A DNA stretch of 29,980 nt, from IMG/VR virus record IMGVR_UViG_3300038674_000282, positions 1-29,980 of that record, one strand, 5' to 3'. The notes under the pieces were generated by a model. It searched no databases and was not told the origin of the DNA. It was given only the letters and a program-made list of their open reading frames with translations. The position numbers and the translations under genes are program-made. This DNA comes from a virus. Its lineage: Duplodnaviria; Caudoviricetes. This document shows positions 16,579-26,688 of the stretch, one piece after another (within the stretch, counting starts at the first letter, position 1; every line of letters begins with the position of its first letter).

Positions 16579-17451
16579 ATGGCAAACAATGTTTTGACAG
16601 ATATAACTATAAACGGCTATGTGTTTAAGGGTTATTCCGACTTTGCCTGCATCAACTCGAAGACGTATGTGGTGGAGCCGGAACGTGCAAGCGACGGCTC
16701 CATTCCTGATATAAACGCTTATCAAGTGTTCTATGTACCGCGCGTGAAGATCTCTTTCAAATACATGAAAATCGAGGATTACCAACGCTTCTTGGTTGCC
16801 ATAGAGCCGAACGAGTTTATCGTCAGTTACTTTGATTATACCAAAGGCGATACGGTGTATCACAAGATGTACTGCGAGCCGCAGGAACTCGAAAAACTGC
16901 ATTCTCACAGGCTCGAAGTCCTCGGCGTTTTGAACAAAGAAATAAGCCTTATCGGAACGCTTAACAGCCTTGAAACATACGCCCTTACCTATATGGCGAA
17001 TGGCGGCAACGGAAGCGAGCAAGGTCAAGCCTTTGTTGCGGGCGAAACTCTCCGCATAAGCGCGGGAACCAACCTTTATAGGGCGGGTTATTCTCTCCAA
17101 AAGTGGAATACGAGAGCGGACGGCACGGGATTGGATATTATGCTCGGATCTTACAAGGTTGCGGAAGACAGCAATCTTACGCTTTATGCCGTATGGTCGC
17201 AGGACAACAACCACACAATAACCTTCGACTATAACGGCGCAGTAAAACCCGCAGGAGCGAGCGATGCCGATTGGATTGGAAGCAAGACCGTTGAATACAA
17301 CGGGAGCATCGGAGAACTGCCGAAGCCGTCTATAAGCGGTCATACGTTCAAGGGGTGGTACGTCTATCCCGAATACGAACCGAGCAAATACAATGATAAC
17401 GACACCTATACCGTAAAGGGATCCGTCACGCTCGTTGCGAAGTGGGAGTAA
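16579..17451 (+). CDS. distal-tail-like protein with two B-repeat/Flg_new-like domains
   Basis: Position after TMP. Contains YALTYMANGG...WNTRADGTG...LYAVW and ITFDYNG...FKGWY...LVAKWE. Confidence 0.65.
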   Translation: MANNVLTDITINGYVFKGYSDFACINSKTYVVEPERASDGSIPDINAYQVFYVPRVKISFKYMKIEDYQRFLVAIEPNEFIVSYFDYTKGDTVYHKMYCEPQELEKLHSHRLEVLGVLNKEISLIGTLNSLETYALTYMANGGNGSEQGQAFVAGETLRISAGTNLYRAGYSLQKWNTRADGTGLDIMLGSYKVAEDSNLTLYAVWSQDNNHTITFDYNGAVKPAGASDADWIGSKTVEYNGSIGELPKPSISGHTFKGWYVYPEYEPSKYNDNDTYTVKGSVTLVAKWE

Positions 17452-17457
17452 GGCGAT

Positions 17458-18654
17458 ATGAATAAACTGAACTTCCCGAAAATCTCAATAAGGTACGTCG
17501 TCGGAGTAGATATATCCTGCTCCGCAACCACCCTTACGCACGAACTTGGGCGGCAGTCCGACATTACCAAAGACGGCGTTTCTATCGACGGCGTTCAAAC
17601 CGATAAAAGCGGCAAGAAAGGATTTTTTTTGAGCGGCGGGAGCGTGGACGACGTATCGGGCGAAGTGAGCGGGTGCCTTATGGATGGCACTTACACCTTT
17701 TTCGACGACGTTGAAAAATACCACGGCGTTATCGGAAACGTGTTGAGCGGAAACGACTACACCTTTGCTTCGGAGCAGTCAATCACCGTAGCAAGGGCGC
17801 ACACAGGCGACTACATAACCGCCATCGCAATCTATTTTGACGACATCGCGGGAGAACACGCAACGAATATTGTTTTCTCGACGGAGCCGGGAACAGTTTA
17901 TAAAAACAACAACTCGGTTTTCGTAAAATCGTTCGGGCGCGACAGTACGGTTACGAGCGTGAAAATCTCCTTTACGAAGTGGAGCAAGAAAAACTCTCTC
18001 GCAAAGGTTCTCAAAGTAGTTACGACTATATCGGGCGAGTATGACTACCGAACTATCAAATCAATCGCTTTTTCGGACGAGAAGATCTCCAACGAAGAAG
18101 ACGTGTCTTTCGGAGTTACAAGTCAGTTCTGCGACTTCTCGCTCATTGACAAAAACGGCTTGATAAAGGCACTTCACGCAACGAATATCCTTATGGACGA
18201 TGCGGTTGCCAATATATACCTCGTCAACACGGTTGAGAAGGATATATACGATCCCGTAACGGGGCAGACGGGGCGTGGCTTCGTCGATACGGAAGACAAG
18301 ATCGGAGAGTTTTATCTTTCGACATACGAAAACGAGCGCGGTACTACGAATTGGGATTTTTCTCTTGTTGACAAACTCGAAAAATTCAAAGAAGAAACGA
18401 TCGCGCCCGAAGAGGTTGCAAGGAGAACATTGTACGACATTGTGAGCGTTATCCTCGGCAGAATGGGCTTCTCGGAAGACATTATCGAGTGGGAAGCGAA
18501 CGCGCGCGCTTTCTGCCGCGCAAAGGTCATACCGACCTCTTACATTGAGCCGAACCAATACGCCTACGATGTTCTTTGCAAATGTTGTGAAGTTGGACTG
18601 CTCCGCGTGTTTATCAATCCGCAAGGCAAGGTCAGAGTGGAAAGGGGGCTGTAA
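17458..18654 (+). CDS. tail tip/baseplate hub-like protein
   Basis: 398-aa ORF in the tail module; call rests on synteny. Confidence 0.55.
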   Translation: MNKLNFPKISIRYVVGVDISCSATTLTHELGRQSDITKDGVSIDGVQTDKSGKKGFFLSGGSVDDVSGEVSGCLMDGTYTFFDDVEKYHGVIGNVLSGNDYTFASEQSITVARAHTGDYITAIAIYFDDIAGEHATNIVFSTEPGTVYKNNNSVFVKSFGRDSTVTSVKISFTKWSKKNSLAKVLKVVTTISGEYDYRTIKSIAFSDEKISNEEDVSFGVTSQFCDFSLIDKNGLIKALHATNILMDDAVANIYLVNTVEKDIYDPVTGQTGRGFVDTEDKIGEFYLSTYENERGTTNWDFSLVDKLEKFKEETIAPEEVARRTLYDIVSVILGRMGFSEDIIEWEANARAFCRAKVIPTSYIEPNQYAYDVLCKCCEVGLLRVFINPQGKVRVERGL

Positions 18655-18655
18655 T

Positions 18656-20692
18656 ATGGCTATTGTTATCAACAAATCTCAATACAGAAACCTCTCTTGT
18701 AAACTCGGCAAGAAGAACTATATCAACACAGTCAAAGGCGTTGAGTACAAAATCGACACGACGAGCAACGTCACATTCGAGGAAGGCGGCAAGGAGTGTA
18801 CACCCGCACAACTCTCTGCAACGAACCACACGAACAAATACGGGTATAGAATTGACGTTTCTTTGTTTGGCGCAGGTCTTATTATTACGGACAGGATTTA
18901 TCTGCGAAACGAGGTTACTTACATAAAAGGCAGTTACAACTTCAATCTGTCCGGCAGAACACTTACGAACTACACGACAGCCGTAAGAGCGACGTACAAT
19001 CTTGAATATAAGTCGTATGAAAACACGAGCAACCTTATCGGAAGCGGCAACTACACCTCTTCGGGCAGGGTGTTCGATGCGATCAAAAGCGAGAACAACC
19101 GTCCCACTACCGATACAGACTACGACGGAAGCACAAGCGGGATGATCCCGCACGGGGAAGCGAAGACGACGGGTAGCGGGCTTGTGTCAAATAGCACCTG
19201 CCCGACCTGCTCCATTCCTACTCAATACTGCAACGTCGTTTTCTTGCGAAAGGAAACGCCCGCAGGCTCGGTGAACCCCGTGTATTACTACCGCGTTGAT
19301 TACTGCTTTGTGATTTCTTCGGGTTGGAACGTGACGGACATCAACTTTTGGGGAACGAAGTCGTACCACAACTATTATCACGAGGTTTCCAAGATTACGA
19401 TCTCCGTAACGGGCACCACGGTCGATAAAGAAGAAATCGAAGTATCGGTCGGCGGTAGCGATGCACAGGGCGCGAAAATTCTTGAATTGCAGACAAACGA
19501 ACTCATGCAATCGTCTATGAGCAATAACACGCTTTCATTTACAGGCGTTGCGAACGAGATCATAAACGCCTATAAGGACAACCGCCTGATCGCAACCTTT
19601 GATCTTGTAAATAACAGAAAGTACGCAATCGACGGCGTTGAGCGGTATCTGCGTGCGGGCGACCGTATTAAGATAACAGACCTTGAAGACAATTTCATTT
19701 CGTCGCAAGGTGCGGTCAACGGGAACGAGTTTGAGATTATCAAAGCAAATTCGCGGTGGAACGGTTTTTTCTACAAAGAGATTACCGCAAAGGAGATCCT
19801 TTCTTCCTCAACGCCAACGCCGCAACAGTACGAAATCGACTATACCACGCAGGGGCAAGGCTCTTCCGCTTCTATCAACTTCGTTTGCGACGGAACAGCC
19901 GCCGAGGGCGACAACGTGTCGTTCACGGCTTCCTTGCTCGACGATACGCTTGAAATAACCAATGTGATTATTTATAAGCAAGACGGAGAAGCCGTAAGCG
20001 GATTAACGAAGAGCGGAAATGTGTATTCCTTCACGATGCCCGCTTCCCCCGTTATGGCGACATTCATCCTTAATGCAAAGACCTACAACCTGTATATCAC
20101 GCGCGGGGTTGGATCGAATATTACAGTTACACGCACTTCCTCACCCATTAGGGGCGCGGCTACGGGCACTCTTTCAAGCGGCGCGAAGATCTACTATGGT
20201 GATGTTCTTACCGTTTCTGTATCGGCACAGACGAACTATAAGAATGCAACCTACACGGGGTTTACGTCGGGCGGCTCCGTAAGCGGGAATGTGAGCATCG
20301 TAAGTAGCGCAACGCCGTATGCGTGGACTACCGTGTATTCGGGTTCAGCAGAAGGCGTTACAAGCCACGGATCCTTTGCGACCGTCACGAACGGGCTTGT
20401 AAACTTTACCGCCCCTACGAGAATAACGGGTTATGCGATGTGGTATCAAAACTATCAAACTATGGGACAGTACCCTACGCCGCACTTCACGTCTGTTCAA
20501 CTCGGCGGCAGTAGCACGGAGATCGCAAGCGCGTTGACCTCGGATAGTTACAGTTTCAAAAAGACAACGGTCGAAGCGTACCTCGACAGTTCTGCGGGAA
20601 TTAAAATATGCGCCTACGGATCGCAAGGACGTACAGGAGTATCATACGTCACGGCAAAATTCTTCATTACGAAGATAGAACAGTATTGTTAA
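18656..20692 (+). CDS. tail tip structural protein with Ig-like beta domains
   Basis: ATG 18656 follows AAGGGGG. S/T/G-rich beta-strand repeats (e.g. YSFTMPASPV). Confidence 0.6.
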   Translation: MAIVINKSQYRNLSCKLGKKNYINTVKGVEYKIDTTSNVTFEEGGKECTPAQLSATNHTNKYGYRIDVSLFGAGLIITDRIYLRNEVTYIKGSYNFNLSGRTLTNYTTAVRATYNLEYKSYENTSNLIGSGNYTSSGRVFDAIKSENNRPTTDTDYDGSTSGMIPHGEAKTTGSGLVSNSTCPTCSIPTQYCNVVFLRKETPAGSVNPVYYYRVDYCFVISSGWNVTDINFWGTKSYHNYYHEVSKITISVTGTTVDKEEIEVSVGGSDAQGAKILELQTNELMQSSMSNNTLSFTGVANEIINAYKDNRLIATFDLVNNRKYAIDGVERYLRAGDRIKITDLEDNFISSQGAVNGNEFEIIKANSRWNGFFYKEITAKEILSSSTPTPQQYEIDYTTQGQGSSASINFVCDGTAAEGDNVSFTASLLDDTLEITNVIIYKQDGEAVSGLTKSGNVYSFTMPASPVMATFILNAKTYNLYITRGVGSNITVTRTSSPIRGAATGTLSSGAKIYYGDVLTVSVSAQTNYKNATYTGFTSGGSVSGNVSIVSSATPYAWTTVYSGSAEGVTSHGSFATVTNGLVNFTAPTRITGYAMWYQNYQTMGQYPTPHFTSVQLGGSSTEIASALTSDSYSFKKTTVEAYLDSSAGIKICAYGSQGRTGVSYVTAKFFITKIEQYC

Positions 20693-20704
20693 AGGAGATG
20701 AACT

Positions 20705-21454
20705 ATGGCAGAGTGGAGCCAAAACCCGTCATATACGGAACTTGAAGACATAATGGTCGAGAAAGCCACGAGAAAGGTTGGATTGACCGCAGAACAGTTC
20801 AACAAAGTAATGGAGAACATTCGTTACTTGAAGAACCTGTACGACCTGTATGCGGTCGAAATCGGCACGATACAGACCGTTTACGCCGCGCCGGGAACGC
20901 CGTTTGACGTTTCAATTACGCACAGGCAGGTTCAGAGCGGCGACGATATTCTCGATTATCTCGATTTCGTGTTTACCATTGCGGTAGCAGAGATCTCTAC
21001 GTCCGTAAGTTCGAGAAGTGTTGCGGCGAGCGCGCCCGCAAAGGCGACCGTTACTTCCACGCCGTTGCCCGACAGAAAGGGCTACAACTTCGCGTTCGAT
21101 TTCGAGATCCCGAAAGGAGAAGTCGGAGATGCCGAGTGTTCTTCGAGTTCGAGCGGCGGCACGGTAAACTACACGCTTGTTCACGATACGGACAAGACCT
21201 TCACGTCGTCTTCGATTTCGCAACTGAACCTTACCATACCGGCGGGGGTTTCTCACGGCTTCTTTGCGGGTGTAAACTTGAAGGTCAGCAACACGCCGAC
21301 CGTCTTGAACTTCGTCAACAACTCTTCCTATCCGCTCAAACTCATGCGTAGAGCGACAGGCGTAAGCGGTTACTCGCTTTCTGCCGGTAAGACGGCGATG
21401 CTCGTAGTTACCTGCGACGGGTTGAACGTGTGTTGCAATCTGATAGAGGTATAA
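20705..21454 (+). CDS. tail fibre/baseplate-associated protein
   Basis: FDFEIPKGEVG motif typical of fibre proteins. RBS AAGGAG. Confidence 0.55.
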   Translation: MAEWSQNPSYTELEDIMVEKATRKVGLTAEQFNKVMENIRYLKNLYDLYAVEIGTIQTVYAAPGTPFDVSITHRQVQSGDDILDYLDFVFTIAVAEISTSVSSRSVAASAPAKATVTSTPLPDRKGYNFAFDFEIPKGEVGDAECSSSSSGGTVNYTLVHDTDKTFTSSSISQLNLTIPAGVSHGFFAGVNLKVSNTPTVLNFVNNSSYPLKLMRRATGVSGYSLSAGKTAMLVVTCDGLNVCCNLIEV

Positions 21455-21458
21455 ACGG

Positions 21459-22271
21459 ATGGCAAATAACTTTTTGCGATACAAGTATTACCTCATAACG
21501 CGGGCTTCTGCGGTTGAACTTGAAACCGCCGTCGAAGAGATCTTCGGAACGCTCGGCTTCTTCCCAAAAGCGAAGTTGGCGAACGCAATGAGTTTCAACA
21601 CGGACTTTAAGGGCGATTTCGTAACGGAGTTTACGGCGTTGCTCTTGACGTTGTTGAAGACGGAAATCCCGATGGAAATGAAAGGAGCCGTCGAGCCTAC
21701 GGCGAAGATCTCCGAGAGTATGAAGACGGAACCGCAACTTATGGGAATGATGCATGGGGTTTCGTTTGAAGGAAAGGTGAGCGAAACGGAGCACACGGGA
21801 ATGAACACGAGCGCAGATATGGCTCTGTCGGCTTCAATATACCTTCTGCGGCACGTTTACAGTATCGTCCTGAATTGGACTGCTTCAAACGAAATAAGAG
21901 CGCATCCCGCCTTGAAGGACACGCTAAAAACGGGCGCAAAAGCAGAGATCATCGGCACGATTACGGCATACCCGAAAAGCACAACGCCCATAAAAACGGG
22001 GTTGCTCGCGGACGGGACTATGACGGTCGAAGCGGAATTGAGCGTTGCAGATCTATTGAAGACGGAACCGCGCATTGTCGGTACGGGCAACATAGAAGCG
22101 TTGGCGCAAGCGATAGAAACCGCTCGGACACAGCCGAAAGTCGATGGTGCGTTGGGCGTAACGCCGGGCATAACGCTCTACAAGATCTCGCAACTATCGG
22201 ACTACGACAGCGAAACTCTCGGCGATATGGATAGCATGAGCCTTGATGCTCTTGACTATATAGAAATCTAA
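21459..22271 (+). CDS. hypothetical tail-associated protein
   Basis: 270-aa ORF with C-terminal LSDYDSETLGDMDSMSLDALDY. Confidence 0.55.
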   Translation: MANNFLRYKYYLITRASAVELETAVEEIFGTLGFFPKAKLANAMSFNTDFKGDFVTEFTALLLTLLKTEIPMEMKGAVEPTAKISESMKTEPQLMGMMHGVSFEGKVSETEHTGMNTSADMALSASIYLLRHVYSIVLNWTASNEIRAHPALKDTLKTGAKAEIIGTITAYPKSTTPIKTGLLADGTMTVEAELSVADLLKTEPRIVGTGNIEALAQAIETARTQPKVDGALGVTPGITLYKISQLSDYDSETLGDMDSMSLDALDYIEI

Positions 22272-22295
22272 AAACAATAAAAGGAGAATAAAACT

Positions 22296-22751
22296 ATGGC
22301 TATCACCAATTACACAGCATCCCAAGTCCTTAACGCTATGTGCGGTAAGGCGCAGAACGCAACTCTCGCAAGTTCGGCGTATTTGGCTTTGTCGAAGACG
22401 GAGCCTACTGCCGCAGGCGGGAACGTGACGGAGCCGAGCGCGGCGAGTTATCACCGCAAGTGTATCGGCATCTACGGACAGGCGGGAACACAACTCATGG
22501 GAACGCCCTCTGCCGGTGTCATCACCAACAGTCAGGAGATCCACTTCGACGAAGCGGAAGAAGCATGGGCTACCCAAGAAGCACCTTTGACCTATGCGTG
22601 CCTGTTCTCTGCCGCTTCGGGTGGCAATCTGCTCGCTTATGGTCTTCTCGGCAAGACTGTTGAAGGCGTGTGGACGGCGCAATCCATCGTTCCCGTTGCA
22701 AACACGGCGGTCATTATCAAGGCGGGCGACTTGAAGATTAGTCTTACCTAA
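22296..22751 (+). CDS. tail fibre-associated structural protein
   Basis: YLALSKTEP...EPSAASY...ITNSQEIHF..A...W...LFSAASGGNLLAYG pattern of small phage tail proteins. Confidence 0.7.
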   Translation: MAITNYTASQVLNAMCGKAQNATLASSAYLALSKTEPTAAGGNVTEPSAASYHRKCIGIYGQAGTQLMGTPSAGVITNSQEIHFDEAEEAWATQEAPLTYACLFSAASGGNLLAYGLLGKTVEGVWTAQSIVPVANTAVIIKAGDLKISLT

Positions 22752-22764
22752 AAGGAGATAGACT

Positions 22765-23355
22765 ATGGCGAAATCGACCTACCTTAATTTGGAATTGACG
22801 GACACCAACACGCCGCTATTCCGCGATTATCGTAAGGCGTTGAACGGCGTTGGGGAAGGCGCAAACCAATCCAACGCCCAACTCGTCGATGGTTTCGCGG
22901 GAAAGTTCGCGGGCGGTTCGAGCGGTCAATATTTGAAGAAGAGCGGAGCAAACAACTTCGTTATGGAGTGGGAAACACCCGACAGCGCGCCGACGGAAGA
23001 TAGTCAAAAACTGTTGGAAAGCGGAGCCGCGTTCACCGCTATCGCAAACGCAAAAGCGGCTGTTGACACGGGATCCCGTGTTGTTGTTGCGACAAACGGA
23101 GCAGTATCGCAAGAACTCGCTCCCGACAAGTTCTACTCTTTTACGGGTACGTTGACTTCGCTCACGCTTACGCTTGGTAGCGAGGTTTCCGGCAGAGAGA
23201 ACGAATACAAAGGGCAATTCTCTACGGGCGGTACGGCTCCGACCGTCACCTTCCCGAACGGAGTTTCTTGGGTTGGCGGCACGCCCACCATTGAAGCAAA
23301 CAAAACGTACCAATTCAGCATCCTCGACAACATAGGCGTGCTTGTTGGCGTATAG
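22765..23355 (+). CDS. tail fibre/adaptor protein (paralogous C-terminus copy 1)
   Basis: C-terminal domain ...FPNGVSWVGG...KTYQFSILDNIGVLVGV. Confidence 0.65.
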   Translation: MAKSTYLNLELTDTNTPLFRDYRKALNGVGEGANQSNAQLVDGFAGKFAGGSSGQYLKKSGANNFVMEWETPDSAPTEDSQKLLESGAAFTAIANAKAAVDTGSRVVVATNGAVSQELAPDKFYSFTGTLTSLTLTLGSEVSGRENEYKGQFSTGGTAPTVTFPNGVSWVGGTPTIEANKTYQFSILDNIGVLVGV

Positions 23356-23365
23356 GCGGTGAACT

Positions 23366-23704
23366 ATGAAATGTGAGAACAACAATCTCTCTGTTATTCA
23401 GGGAGATATACTTGAAGTCTATTTTGTTTTAGAAAACATCTCTTCGGAAGAGATCTCCAAAGTGGTCTTTTCTTGTGCGGAACAGGATCTCGAAGCAGAG
23501 TGCGACTATTCCGCTTCGCAGGAAGGCTACGGCTTACGCCTTGAAAGCGACGTTACGAAGGATTTGAAACCGTGTCAAAGCCGTTATGATTTGACGGTCA
23601 GGTTCGCGGACGGAAACGATCTCACCGTCGTTTACGAAGGCGTTTTTGCGGTCTTGGAGAAGAGAAACGCTATTCGCGGGGGTGACAATGGTGAGCAAGC
23701 CTAA
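23366..23704 (+). CDS. BppU-like baseplate/adaptor protein
   Basis: IQGD...T..L....RYDLTVRFADG pattern. Confidence 0.5.
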   Translation: MKCENNNLSVIQGDILEVYFVLENISSEEISKVVFSCAEQDLEAECDYSASQEGYGLRLESDVTKDLKPCQSRYDLTVRFADGNDLTVVYEGVFAVLEKRNAIRGGDNGEQA

Positions 23705-24311
23705 ACTTATCATTAAGGTCGCCCGTAATGCAAGTGTAAGCGTTCATTCGGAACGCAACACAAGGGTAAGAGTGAAGTTGTCGCACACGATCGTAACGAC
23801 CGATTATGCCGACCTCGACAATAAGCCGCGGATAAACGGCGTGGAGTTAGTCGGCGACCTGTCTTTTGGCGATTTGAAACTTCTCTCTTCCCTTCTTGCA
23901 AACTACGAAGCGGCAACGATCTCGGAAGAAGCGGAAGGCGGGTATATCCTTGTCTTGGACGATAACGGAGAAAAGAAGATCCCCGTTGCAGACTTCCTCG
24001 AAGCAGTCGCTTCTGTCGATACGGGGAAAGCCGTCGAGATTGATGGCGACGGCACGATTAGTCAGGAACTTTCGCCCGACGTGTTTTACAATTTCACGGG
24101 CGACTTGACTTCGCTCACGCTTACCTTCGCGGAGCAATCCGAAGGAAGGGCGAACGAGTATAAGGGACAGTTTACCACGGGGGCATCTATCCCAACGGTT
24201 TCCTTCCCGAACGGCGTTTCTTGGGTTGGCGGCGAGTTCCCCGAATTGGAAACGGAGAAGACGTATCAATTCTCCGTATTAAATAATGTGGGGGTTATTG
24301 TTGGCGTATGA
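23688..24311 (+). CDS. tail fibre/adaptor protein (paralogous C-terminus copy 2)
   Basis: DYADLDNKPRINGVELVGD fibre motif. C-terminus is paralogous to 22765..23355. Confidence 0.7.
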   Translation: MVSKPKLIIKVARNASVSVHSERNTRVRVKLSHTIVTTDYADLDNKPRINGVELVGDLSFGDLKLLSSLLANYEAATISEEAEGGYILVLDDNGEKKIPVADFLEAVASVDTGKAVEIDGDGTISQELSPDVFYNFTGDLTSLTLTFAEQSEGRANEYKGQFTTGASIPTVSFPNGVSWVGGEFPELETEKTYQFSVLNNVGVIVGV

Positions 24312-24466
24312 GCGTATTCAGACGAATGCTTTTAATTGCAAAATTGGCAGAGGACACAGGCGGGAGCATAATTCTCGACTTTACAGGGGGCGTTCTTACG
24401 CTCAATCACGAAGGACGTGGGAACAAAATCACGGTATCAAATAGCGAGGTGACAATCCATGAGTAG
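24308..24466 (+). CDS. small protein (52 aa) MSVFRRMLLIAKL...
   Basis: ATGA overlap with the upstream stop. Fills the gap to the DGR target gene and overlaps its start. Below the ORF-track cutoff. Confidence 0.6.
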   Translation: MSVFRRMLLIAKLAEDTGGSIILDFTGGVLTLNHEGRGNKITVSNSEVTIHE

Positions 24467-26669
24467 TAGAAATTTAACGATAGACGGAACGCAGTTGACG
24501 GGTGTAACAAAGATAAAGGCACTCGATACAAACACACAGCAACTTGTCGATTTCGTCGATACGAGCGATGCAAACGCGGTTGCGGGCGACATCGCGGCAG
24601 ATAAGACCGCCTATGTGAACGGCGCAAAGATTATCGGCACAAACACCGGCACGCAACCAAATGACCTTGACGGTCTTGTCGATGGGACGATTACGGCGTT
24701 CGTTATGCCTTCGGGTAAAACGAAGATTGCGCAGTATCGTTTTTATCAAATGACCGCGCTTCGGACAGCGAACCTCGGCGGCGCAACGAATGTTGAACAG
24801 TACGCCTTCGATGGTTGTACCTATTTGGCGGTCGCGCTTCCTACCTCTCTCACGAACGTCGGTCAATATGCGTTCCGCAATGCGGGCAACAATAGCGGGC
24901 AGACTTTCATTTTGGCACCCGCGAACAAATGCTCGGTTGGCAACTATGCGTTTTATACGTCAAAGATTGCAAAGGTGAACGGGAAGTACAATTCTTTCGG
25001 TTCATACGCATTCTATCAATGCCAATCGTTGACGGAGATCAATGTAACGGACTTGACGAGCGTGGGCGATTATGCTTTCCAAAACTGCTATGCGGTCACA
25101 AAACTGCACGCGCCCATAAAGGGAAGTGTTGGGACATACGCCTTCTACAACCTTTACGCATTGAGCGACATAGACCTAACGGGATCCGTCATTACGTCTA
25201 TCGGCAGTTATGCTTTCTCGCGCTTCGCGAGCAACAGGAGCAATCCGTCGAGCAACGTCATTACGCTTGACCTGCGCAATTCGACCTTCACGAGCATTCC
25301 ACAGTACGGCTTCGGAAGCGACACGTCTTCAAGCACATACAGGAACAAGTATATGGTTTTGAAGTTCCCTTCGACCATCGCAAGCATTCAAGGGTATGCC
25401 TTCTCGTACACAGACAACTGCGAGTTCTTCTTTACAGGCGCAACGCCGCCCGCCCTGTCGGTTACTACCGCATGGAACGGCGCGACGAATTACAAAATCT
25501 TCATTCCGTATCAACACGTCGATGCGTACAGGAAAGCGACAAATTGGACGGCGCAATCGTCTTATATCAAAGGCTACGCTCCTGCGAACACCTTTGAAAC
25601 GGGCGACACCCTGCCTACGATCAACGCGGAAGGCTACGGCTTGACTTGGTACAGCGACAAGGCTTGCACCGTGCAGGTTACAACCGTTGCAGATGCGACC
25701 TCGGAACTGTATTGCGTTGTCGGTGCCGTGAAACTTGCCTACGAAATTGCGGGGATTACCGCAATGGATTGCAACGTCGTTATCACGGACGGCGTAAATA
25801 CCTATGCGCAGGGCGACGTGGTTATGAAAGACACCGTGCTTACGATTACGGGCGTTCCGACGACTTCGGGCTATGTACCGTATATGTTCAAAGTGAACGG
25901 CTCCGACTTTACGCCGGGCGACACGTTGACGGTCGATGGCGATGTTTCCGTTACCGCAATCTATTGGGACGGCGAGCATATCCCCGTCAATCCGACGTTC
26001 AGCGAAAACACTTGGTCTATTATCTTCTCTGTATTCAGAGCGGGAAACGCATCGCAGTTTTGGAGCGTTGGCGACACGAAGCCTGTAACGCTTACCAACG
26101 GTGAAACATACCACATCCGCATTGCGGATATGAAGACGGGAAGATACGCCCTTGCGGACGGATCGGGATCCTCGAATGGTGTGCTTGAATTTGTCGAACT
26201 CTATTCGACATACAAGTATATGAACTCGTCAAACACAAACGCGGGCGGTTGGGCGAGTTGCTATATGAAGAATACTGTTATGCCCGAACTTTACGCCCTG
26301 CTTCCTTCCGATTTACAGGCGGCAATCTCCGAAGTTACCGTGTTGAGCGGTACGGGTAGCGGATCTTCGAGCGGTACGTCTTCGAGTTCCAACAAACTCT
26401 TCCTGCCTTGCGAATACGAAATTTTCGGAACGCAGACAAGGGGTATTGGTATCTCCGAAAGCCCGCTCGGTCAGTTCGATTGGTACAACTCGCATAACAC
26501 CGCCGCGAACCGCATCAAGAAGAAACTTGATAACACCGCGTATTATTGGTGGTTGCGTTCTCCGAGGTCGGGTAATAGCCTTAATTTCGTCTTTGTCGAC
26601 CCCGACGGCACCGTCTCCAACGGCGGCGCGAGCGGCACCAGCGGCGTGTCCCCCTGCTTTGCAATTTAA
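24459..26669 (+). CDS. DGR target receptor-binding protein: BspA-type LRR repeats, beta domain and C-terminal C-type-lectin-like (DUF6273-like) domain
   Basis: Repeats x(I/V)GxYAFxxC. C-terminus NAGGWASC.M...KLFLPCEYEIFG...WWLRSP...GVSPCFAI contains VR1. Confidence 0.9.
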   Translation: MSSRNLTIDGTQLTGVTKIKALDTNTQQLVDFVDTSDANAVAGDIAADKTAYVNGAKIIGTNTGTQPNDLDGLVDGTITAFVMPSGKTKIAQYRFYQMTALRTANLGGATNVEQYAFDGCTYLAVALPTSLTNVGQYAFRNAGNNSGQTFILAPANKCSVGNYAFYTSKIAKVNGKYNSFGSYAFYQCQSLTEINVTDLTSVGDYAFQNCYAVTKLHAPIKGSVGTYAFYNLYALSDIDLTGSVITSIGSYAFSRFASNRSNPSSNVITLDLRNSTFTSIPQYGFGSDTSSSTYRNKYMVLKFPSTIASIQGYAFSYTDNCEFFFTGATPPALSVTTAWNGATNYKIFIPYQHVDAYRKATNWTAQSSYIKGYAPANTFETGDTLPTINAEGYGLTWYSDKACTVQVTTVADATSELYCVVGAVKLAYEIAGITAMDCNVVITDGVNTYAQGDVVMKDTVLTITGVPTTSGYVPYMFKVNGSDFTPGDTLTVDGDVSVTAIYWDGEHIPVNPTFSENTWSIIFSVFRAGNASQFWSVGDTKPVTLTNGETYHIRIADMKTGRYALADGSGSSNGVLEFVELYSTYKYMNSSNTNAGGWASCYMKNTVMPELYALLPSDLQAAISEVTVLSGTGSGSSSGTSSSSNKLFLPCEYEIFGTQTRGIGISESPLGQFDWYNSHNTAANRIKKKLDNTAYYWWLRSPRSGNSLNFVFVDPDGTVSNGGASGTSGVSPCFAI
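26547..26662 (+). repeat. DGR variable repeat VR1
   Basis: Ungapped 116-nt match to TR with 20 mismatches, all opposite TR adenines. Confidence 0.97.
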
Positions 26670-26688
26670 TCAATCTTATCAAGAAATC

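Noticed and set aside
23080-24311. Second TR/VR pair or invertible shufflon
   Set aside because: Both copies are coding and in direct orientation, differences are not A-restricted, and no recombinase is nearby.
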